From: Planctomycetota bacterium
GTDB taxonomy: Bacteria > Planctomycetota > UBA8108 > UBA1146
Length of the DNA: 22,938 nt
Direction: 5' to 3'
Assembly (NCBI GenBank): GCA_036338595.1
Contig: JAYZBV010000068.1
Span: 1 to 22,938, forward strand
The notes under the pieces were generated by a model that saw nothing but the letters and a program-made list of their open reading frames with translations, had not been told where the DNA came from and made no database searches. Position 1 is the first letter of the stretch; every line of letters starts with the position of its first letter. Below are positions 17,013-22,938 of this stretch, one piece after another. The translations under genes and the position numbers were made by a program.

Positions 17013-17558
17013 TCAGCCGCGCTGGATCCGGTAGAGGATGTGGGGGCGAAGCGGATGCCCCTCTTCCAGTGCCGGGTGATCGAAATCGCCATCCTCATCA
17101 CGGGTCATGCCGATCTTTTCCATGACTCGAATCGACGCGGCATTCTCTGGCACCGTGAAGGCGACGATTTCATCGAGCCCGAGATGCCCGAATCCAAACT
17201 TCAGCGAGGCGGTCGCTCCCTCGGTGGCATACCCCTGTCCCCAGAAGGAAGGCATCAGATGCCAGCCGATCTCGACGCAGGGGCTCGCAGGAAGGTTGTG
17301 ACGAGGGATTCCCAGGCCGAGGAATCCGATGAACTCGACTTCATCTGGCAGTTCCAGTACCCATGGCCCGAACCCTTCAACGGCGATCTGCTGCTGAATA
17401 CGCTCGAACAGGGCATCCGCAGCGGATCGTGGGCCAGGACCCGGCATGAATCGGTTGTAGAGAGGATCAGCGAGCATTTCAGCCAGAGGATCGCGATCCG
17501 CGGCACGCCAGCTCCTCAGCAGCAGCCGCTCGGTTTCGATGCAGTCCGGTAAGGTCAC
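17013..17558 (-). CDS. GNAT family N-acetyltransferase (RimJ/RimL-like)
   Basis: IETERLLLR, VEIGW, FWGQGYATE, NAASIRVMEKIGM and FDHP..HPLRPHILY motifs. Confidence 0.92.
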   Translation of the reverse strand: MTLPDCIETERLLLRSWRAADRDPLAEMLADPLYNRFMPGPGPRSAADALFERIQQQIAVEGFGPWVLELPDEVEFIGFLGLGIPRHNLPASPCVEIGWHLMPSFWGQGYATEGATASLKFGFGHLGLDEIVAFTVPENAASIRVMEKIGMTRDEDGDFDHPALEEGHPLRPHILYRIQRG

Positions 17559-17671
17559 CGCACACCCTCCTGGGCGCTAGATTATCGTTTTCGATCAGGG
17601 ATTGCGACCTGCTCCATCTAAGGGCACGATCTCGGTTCACCATGGCCATCGTATGGCCCGAAAGGATACCG

Positions 17672-18331
17672 ATGCAGATCGAACTGGAAGGCAATCCAGA
17701 TTTCGGTGAGGCGCGCGTGCAACTGGAATCGGGAGAGGGTATTCGTGCCGCCTCCGGCGCGATGAACTGGATGAAGGGACCGATCAGTCTCAAGGCGAGG
17801 CTGCTCGGAGGGTTGGGAACTTCCCTCGCTCGTAAGGTACTCGGCGGCACTTCTCTCTTCATCACGGAATTCAGTGCAGACGGGGACAGCCGGCTGGCAC
17901 TCAGCCATGCGATGGCGGGAACCCTGGTTCGCACTCCCGTGACCAGTGAAGGGTTGCTGATTGCGGGGGGGGCTTTCACCGCCTGCACTCGAGGCGTTCG
18001 TCTCAAGACTCGATTCGGTGGCTTCAAGGCGTTCTTCAGCGGCAAGGGGGCGTTCTTCATCGAAGCAGCAGGCGAAGGTGAAGTGCTGTTCGGTGCCTAC
18101 GGTGCGGTGGTCGAGAAGGAACTCGATGGAGACCTCGTTGTCGACAACGGCCATGTGCTGGCGTGGGAGCACACTCTCGACTGGAAACTGGGGACTGCCG
18201 GAGGACTCAAGACCACTCTCTTCTCCGGCGAGGGGTTGGTGATGCGTTTCTCGGGGCGCGGCAAGATCTGGTTGCAGACGCGTCATCTGTCCGGGACGGC
18301 GGGGTGGATCACCCCGTTCCTGAGAGGGTAA
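17672..18331 (+). CDS. AIM24 / TIGR00266 family protein (copy 1)
   Basis: SGAM, GGTSLFITEF, FFSGKG, GAYGA, VVDNGHVLAW, GEGLVMRFSGRGKIWLQTR. Start is the ATG at 17672 after AAAGGA. Confidence 0.9.
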   Translation: MQIELEGNPDFGEARVQLESGEGIRAASGAMNWMKGPISLKARLLGGLGTSLARKVLGGTSLFITEFSADGDSRLALSHAMAGTLVRTPVTSEGLLIAGGAFTACTRGVRLKTRFGGFKAFFSGKGAFFIEAAGEGEVLFGAYGAVVEKELDGDLVVDNGHVLAWEHTLDWKLGTAGGLKTTLFSGEGLVMRFSGRGKIWLQTRHLSGTAGWITPFLRG

Positions 18332-18335
18332 GGCG

Positions 18336-19022
18336 ATGGAGTTTGAAATTCTCGAGCAAGGAGCCTTCCAGTCGGCGTTGGCGCACTTCGAGGCGGGCGA
18401 GCGCGTCGTCAGCGAATCGGGGGCGATGGTGCGCGCTTCCGGCAATGTGGATATCGATGTCACGACCCGGGCCAAGAAGGGCGGAGGACTTCTCTCCGGA
18501 GTGAAGCGGATGCTCGGTGGTGATTCCTTCTTCCTCTCCACCTATACCACAACAGATGGGGCTCCAGGCGAGGTGGGCATCGCGCCGATCTTGCCGGGAG
18601 AGGTGATGGCTCTCGAAGTGGATGGCGCGACGCAGTGGAAGACCAGCGGCGGTTCCTTTCTCGCCGCAGGAGGAGACATCGACCTGGATACGGAGTTTCA
18701 GGGACTCGGTGGATTCCTCGGCGGCGAGAGCCTCTTCTTTCTCAAGGCGACTGGTTCTGGATCGTTGCTGGTCGGAGCCTTCGGAGCACTCCGTGAACTG
18801 GAAGTCGATGGAGAGTTGACGATAGACACCGGCCACCTGGTCGCCTACGAGTCGACCCTCGACTACTCGGTTTCCAAGGCAGGGGGTTCGTGGATGCAGT
18901 CTTTTCTCGCGGGTGAAGGATTTGTCATGAAGTTCAGTGGCCGTGGTCGTGTCATCGTTCAGACCCACGACGCGAGTGGATTCGGCAGACGGCTCGGTCC
19001 CATGCTGCCGGCGAGGGGGTAA
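18336..19022 (+). CDS. AIM24 / TIGR00266 family protein (copy 2)
   Basis: SESGAM, GGDSFF, GGESLFFL, GAFGA, IDTGHLVAY, GEGFVMKFSGRGRVIVQT. Confidence 0.9.
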   Translation: MEFEILEQGAFQSALAHFEAGERVVSESGAMVRASGNVDIDVTTRAKKGGGLLSGVKRMLGGDSFFLSTYTTTDGAPGEVGIAPILPGEVMALEVDGATQWKTSGGSFLAAGGDIDLDTEFQGLGGFLGGESLFFLKATGSGSLLVGAFGALRELEVDGELTIDTGHLVAYESTLDYSVSKAGGSWMQSFLAGEGFVMKFSGRGRVIVQTHDASGFGRRLGPMLPARG

Positions 19023-19025
19023 TAG

Positions 19026-19700
19026 ATGAAATACAAGATCGATTGCCACCCGGGGTATTCATACCTGGAAGTGGAACTGGAGAGCACCGACTCCATCTCC
19101 AGCGAGGCAGGAGCGATGGCCTGGATGGATCCTGGAATCGAGATGGAGACATCGACGAGAGGTGGGGTTTTCAAGGGATTGAAGCGCGCACTGCTCTCGG
19201 GAGAGTCCTTCTTCCAGAATACTTACACCACCAATACTTCCGGTGCTCGACTCAGCCTGGCGCCTGGTCCAGCAGGAGCCATCTCGGTGAGAGAGATGCA
19301 GGGAGAGGAATTATTCCTCCAGAAGGGTGCCTATCTGGCCTCCATCGGAGACATCGACATCAATGCAAAGTTCGATGGGTTGCGGGGCTTCTTCAATGAA
19401 GGCCTGTTCGTGCTGCGCTGCTCGGGTACAGGTACTCTCTTCTTCAATGCCTATGGCGATATCCAGGAGGTCGAGGTGGACGGGGAATACCTGGTCGACA
19501 ATGGATATGCCGTCGCCTGGGAGCCGAGCCTCGAATATCGTCTGACCAAGGCGAGACGGATCCGTTCCTTCCTGTTCGGCGATCAGATCCTGCTGCGCTT
19601 CTCCGGTCGTGGCAAGGTATGGGTGCAATCACGCTGTCCCCATGCCTTTGCGAGCTGGGTCCACCCGTATCGGCCGAAGAAACAGAAGAGTGACAACTGA
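19026..19700 (+). CDS. AIM24 / TIGR00266 family protein (copy 3)
   Basis: SEAGAM, SGESFFQN, LAPG, EGLF, AYG, VDNGYAVAW, RFSGRGKVWVQSR. Confidence 0.9.
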   Translation: MKYKIDCHPGYSYLEVELESTDSISSEAGAMAWMDPGIEMETSTRGGVFKGLKRALLSGESFFQNTYTTNTSGARLSLAPGPAGAISVREMQGEELFLQKGAYLASIGDIDINAKFDGLRGFFNEGLFVLRCSGTGTLFFNAYGDIQEVEVDGEYLVDNGYAVAWEPSLEYRLTKARRIRSFLFGDQILLRFSGRGKVWVQSRCPHAFASWVHPYRPKKQKSDN

Positions 19701-19740
19701 TTGCCTACCCTGCTTCAAGCTTGCTGATCGGAGAATGAAG

Positions 19741-20907
19741 ATGGAAAAAAGAGCCGACGAGTCATTGCTCCCATCGGAAGCGATGGATCGATTCGTCAAG
19801 ATTGCTGAAAAGGTCGAACTCGATGCGGGAGAAGAGTTCATCCGTGAGGGTGATTTCGAAGAGAGCATCTATCTGATCGAGAGTGGCCAGGTTGCAGTCG
19901 AAAGGGGACAGCAGCGTGTGGGCACCATCGATGCCGGTGATGTGGTCGGCGAGATGGCGTTCATTGATCGACGGCCTCGAAGCGCAACGGTTCGTGCAGT
20001 GACATCATCCGTGCTGCATCGAGTCGAGCGAGAAGATCTGCTGCGAGAACTGGGTCAGGATCCGGAACTGCTGCTGGAGTTCGTCCAGGCGGTGGAACAA
20101 AGGCGCGTGGCTCACCTCGATTCTTCCGTCGATCAGGGCCTCGAGGGGTTTCTATCCGGGGTGACCGAAGAGGCGACCTCGCATCGTGCAGTTCATCACC
20201 CATATCTTCTGGCGCTTCGCGACAGGACATTCCCGGACATGAAGTGGGCTCTTGGTGATTTTGCCAGGCAGTACTATGGATATTCCTCTCACTTTCCTCG
20301 CTACCTGACGACGGTGATCGGCAGGCTCGAACTTCCCGAACATCGCACCGCATTGATGGAAAATCTCACCGAGGAGGCAGGAATTTATGAGGAGGAGGAA
20401 CTCGCTGAACTGGCAGAGATCGGTGTCGATAGGCAGTGGGTCGACGGCATTCCGCATCCGCTGCTATTCCGTCGCTTCTGCATCGCAGCTGGGGTCGAGG
20501 ATGTCGGACCTGATCTCGATTCGATAGAAGTGATCTGCTGGCGCGAGATGTTTCTATCGGTGCTCTCCGGAGGCTCTCCTGCGGAGGCGATCGGGGCCAT
20601 CGGACTCGGCACTGAAAATGTGGTCAGTACCATGTATCAGCACTTCCTGCCAGCGCTCGAGGTGCTCGAAGTGCCGGAGTCAGAGACGGTTTTCTTCCCG
20701 TTGCACGCAGCAGTCGATGACCACCACCAGGAGACACTTCTCGAAATCTCCAGACATTACGCCACCACTGAAGCGGGTCGGATCGATCTACTCAAGGGGA
20801 TGCGAAAGGCGCTGGCACTCAGGTCTGCGTTCTGGGACTGGCTACATCAGCGAGCCATGACCCTTGGAGTCTGCGATGAGGGGACCACGACTCGTTTCAG
20901 CTCCTGA
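19741..20907 (+). CDS. cNMP-binding domain fused to a heme-oxygenase-like diiron (CADD/PqqC/TenA-like) domain
   Basis: N-terminal FIREGD, IYLIESG and GDVVGEMAFIDRRPRSATV. C-terminal QYYGYSSHFPRYL, ENLTEE, PHPLLFRRF, GTE and FFPLHAAVDDHH give an E/H/E/H/D/H ligand set like CADD. Start is 19741 (or 19735) after GGAGA. Confidence 0.8.
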   Translation: MEKRADESLLPSEAMDRFVKIAEKVELDAGEEFIREGDFEESIYLIESGQVAVERGQQRVGTIDAGDVVGEMAFIDRRPRSATVRAVTSSVLHRVEREDLLRELGQDPELLLEFVQAVEQRRVAHLDSSVDQGLEGFLSGVTEEATSHRAVHHPYLLALRDRTFPDMKWALGDFARQYYGYSSHFPRYLTTVIGRLELPEHRTALMENLTEEAGIYEEEELAELAEIGVDRQWVDGIPHPLLFRRFCIAAGVEDVGPDLDSIEVICWREMFLSVLSGGSPAEAIGAIGLGTENVVSTMYQHFLPALEVLEVPESETVFFPLHAAVDDHHQETLLEISRHYATTEAGRIDLLKGMRKALALRSAFWDWLHQRAMTLGVCDEGTTTRFSS

Positions 20908-20985
20908 TGCTGCGAAGGAGACTCTTCTCATGACTGCTGGATCTGATGTCACTCTCCGGTCATCATCAGAGCAAGAGGTGACCCG

Positions 20986-21576
20986 ATGAACCAGCAACTC
21001 GAAGTCCAGATCGAACCGTACGAGACCGATTCTGATACATGTGTGATTCGCACCAACCGTCAGGTAGCGAAGACTCCGGAGTATTTCTCGACGGTGGAAG
21101 AGGCCTCGGCTCATCCTCTGGGAAAGAAGTTGATCCAGATCGAGGGACTCGAGGCGGTTCTGCTTCAGGATCGCATAGTCACGCTGCTGAAGCCGGTGCC
21201 CGGGCCAGCCTGGGATCCGATTGCAGAGCAGGCGAGTGCCGTGATCCAGGAACACTTCGACGACCTCGACAGGATCCAGCAAAATCGTTCTCGCGAGATG
21301 AATGATGAAGAGAAGGCGCTCTTCGTAGAGATCCAGAATCTGCTGAATGATGAGATGAACCCGATGGTCGCTGCCCACGGCGGTTACATCGAGGTGATCG
21401 ATGTGAAGGAAACCGACATCTTCGTTCACATGGGAGGCGGGTGCCAGGGATGTGGCATGGCGGCGATGACGCTGCGCCAGGGAGTAGAGACGCTGATCCG
21501 TCAAAAGGTCCCCAGGGTCAGAAACATCCATGACTCCACCGATCATGCCGCCGGAGAAAATCCCTTTTATGAGTGA
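20986..21576 (+). CDS. Nfu/NifU-type Fe-S cluster carrier (Nfu N-terminal scaffold domain + NifU C-terminal domain)
   Basis: EEASAHPLGKKLIQIEG..W (Nfu_N-like), NPMVAAHGG, GGGCQGCG (CxxC), TDHAAGENPF; RBS GAGGTG. Confidence 0.88.
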   Translation: MNQQLEVQIEPYETDSDTCVIRTNRQVAKTPEYFSTVEEASAHPLGKKLIQIEGLEAVLLQDRIVTLLKPVPGPAWDPIAEQASAVIQEHFDDLDRIQQNRSREMNDEEKALFVEIQNLLNDEMNPMVAAHGGYIEVIDVKETDIFVHMGGGCQGCGMAAMTLRQGVETLIRQKVPRVRNIHDSTDHAAGENPFYE

Positions 21577-21946
21577 AGTCACCGGGGATCTTCCCCTCCA
21601 TGACGACGCACCCGATGGGTGCCAGTGGCATCCGGTCTGCACGGTTCAAGATGCTGATGATGAGGAGCCCTATTTCGGCTCAGCCGGTGGCAGAGATGTG
21701 ATGGTGGTGCGTCAGGGTGCGCGCATAGCAATTTTCGATGACAGATGCCCGCATCTTGGTTCTTCGATGATGGGGGCGACGGTGGAGGATGGCCAGATCG
21801 AGTGCCCACTCCACGGTGCTTGCTTCGATGCCAGTAGCGGTACAGTACTCGATGGGCCGACTACCGAGGATCTGGTCAGTCACCCGGTCAGGATCGTCAA
21901 CGATGGCGTAGAGGTGGCTCTGTCCCATCGCGACGAGCCTGCCTGA
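21569..21946 (+). CDS. Rieske [2Fe-2S] ferredoxin
   Basis: DDRCPH...IECPLHGACFD..G..GP motifs. The ATG at 21569 overlaps the end of the Nfu gene (ATGAGTGA). Confidence 0.9.
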   Translation: MSEVTGDLPLHDDAPDGCQWHPVCTVQDADDEEPYFGSAGGRDVMVVRQGARIAIFDDRCPHLGSSMMGATVEDGQIECPLHGACFDASSGTVLDGPTTEDLVSHPVRIVNDGVEVALSHRDEPA

Positions 21947-21972
21947 TTTCGATCTGGCAGGGCGTCTTTTCT
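21932..21972 (+). terminator. Probable intrinsic terminator after the Rieske gene
   Basis: CCTGCC-t-GAT-ttcg-ATC-t-GGCAGG hairpin with outer GACG/CGTC pairing, followed by TTTTCT. Confidence 0.55.
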
Positions 21973-22046
21973 CATCCCTTCTTGCCTCTCTCCCAGGATG
22001 CGGGAAACTGCCCCCCAACAAGTCGTCGATGGGCAAGGGGGGTCCT

Positions 22047-22931
22047 ATGCATCTGTTTCTTCTGGTTCCTGTGATTTTCTTTTTTCTTTCAGGATGCATC
22101 GTCGTGCAATCCGACGCTGCCAGGGTAGATCCCGAAACTGGAGCGATACGCCTCAGATTGGCAGCCGAACCCGCTGCGGATGAAGCCGCCGCTGAGTTCG
22201 AGGAGGACCTTCACGAAGAAGACGATGACGATGATGATGCCGACGATGACGATGATGACAACGATGATGGTGATGATGACGACAATGACGAGATCACTGC
22301 CCAGCGCGACGAGGTGGAGCAACTGGAGCGGAAACTCCACGAAGCCGAGGTCAAGATGGAGATCTCCGAGTTCCAGTGGCATCTCGCAGAAGATGAGACC
22401 GAGCATCAGCGGGAATCGGAACATCGAGCGCTGGAGGAAGCGAACAGGGATCGGCACCTGTTCCACGAGTTTGGCGAGGCCAAGAAAACGCACGGTGCCC
22501 ATCAGTCGCTCTCCTATGCAGAAAACAGGCTGCAAGATGCAGAGGCGGAACTGGAGCAACTCTCGACCCTCTACGAGGGCTCCGAACTGGAGGACGGGAC
22601 TGCAGAACTGATCCTATCCAGGGGAGAGCGCCAGCTCGACCAGGCCAGGAAATCGCTCGAGCAGGCGCGGCGCGATCATCATGTCAGTCTTACCATCGAG
22701 ATCCCCCAGCAACGGGAATCTCTTGAGCGAGCCGTGTCCGATGCCGAGCGTGCGATGGAACGAGGCGAAATAGAGCGTCGGATCGCAGAGATGGAACATG
22801 AGCTGGGGTCGCAAGAGCAGCGCCGTGAACTGGAGAAGCTACGGGAGAAACTGGAGAAAGCTCGCCATGACCTTCGAAACATGACGGGAGAAGTCGTCGA
22901 ACCCAGGTCCCTCGTCTGGAGATTGTTCTGA
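22047..22931 (+). CDS. Hypothetical acidic coiled-coil lipoprotein with a poly-Asp tract
   Basis: Signal MHLFLLVPVIFFFLSGC with lipobox LSGC, an Asp-rich tract, then E/R/L-rich heptad-like helices. ATG at 22047 after a G-rich RBS. Confidence 0.75.
   Translation: MHLFLLVPVIFFFLSGCIVVQSDAARVDPETGAIRLRLAAEPAADEAAAEFEEDLHEEDDDDDDADDDDDDNDDGDDDDNDEITAQRDEVEQLERKLHEAEVKMEISEFQWHLAEDETEHQRESEHRALEEANRDRHLFHEFGEAKKTHGAHQSLSYAENRLQDAEAELEQLSTLYEGSELEDGTAELILSRGERQLDQARKSLEQARRDHHVSLTIEIPQQRESLERAVSDAERAMERGEIERRIAEMEHELGSQEQRRELEKLREKLEKARHDLRNMTGEVVEPRSLVWRLF
22221..22289 (+). repeat. Imperfect (GAY)n trinucleotide repeat encoding poly-Asp
   Basis: 23 codons read DDDDDDADDDDDDNDDGDDDDND (19 Asp), with mixed GAC/GAT codons. 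Confidence 0.9.
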
Positions 22932-22938
22932 TGCGCAC

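Noticed and set aside
17013..17558. RimJ-like GNAT as a tailoring or immunity gene of the peptide locus
   Set aside because: Opposite strand and a very widespread family; nothing but proximity links it.
1..22938. CRISPR arrays, tRNA/rRNA genes, IS elements or prophage
   Set aside because: No repeat-spacer periodicity, RNA-gene signatures, transposase or integrase recognised.

Overview
GC-rich bacterial DNA, most likely Planctomycetota (DUF1501 plus DUF1549/DUF1553 cytochrome-c gene pair, DUF1080 lipoprotein). The left minus-strand block holds a partial DUF1080 lipoprotein, a delta-9-type fatty acid desaturase, DUF1501 and a DUF1549/LamG/DUF1553 protein. After a ~670-bp divergent intergenic region comes a bacteriocin/RiPP-type export locus. 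It begins with a 58-aa double-glycine-leader precursor ORF (6748..6924) that is absent from the supplied ORF track and sits between structured RNA elements. It continues with a cNMP-binding-domain protein, an NHLM-type HlyD adaptor, a C39-peptidase ABC transporter and a second NHLM-type ABC transporter. No LanM, YcaO, radical SAM or ATP-grasp maturase is visible; a homocysteine S-methyltransferase and a GNAT-PLP enzyme fusion follow instead. The right side has a RimJ-like GNAT, three tandem AIM24 (TIGR00266-like) genes, a cNMP-binding/heme-oxygenase-like diiron (CADD/PqqC-like) fusion, an Nfu-type Fe-S carrier, a Rieske ferredoxin and a poly-Asp coiled-coil lipoprotein. All family assignments come from motif recognition by eye; no searches were run.
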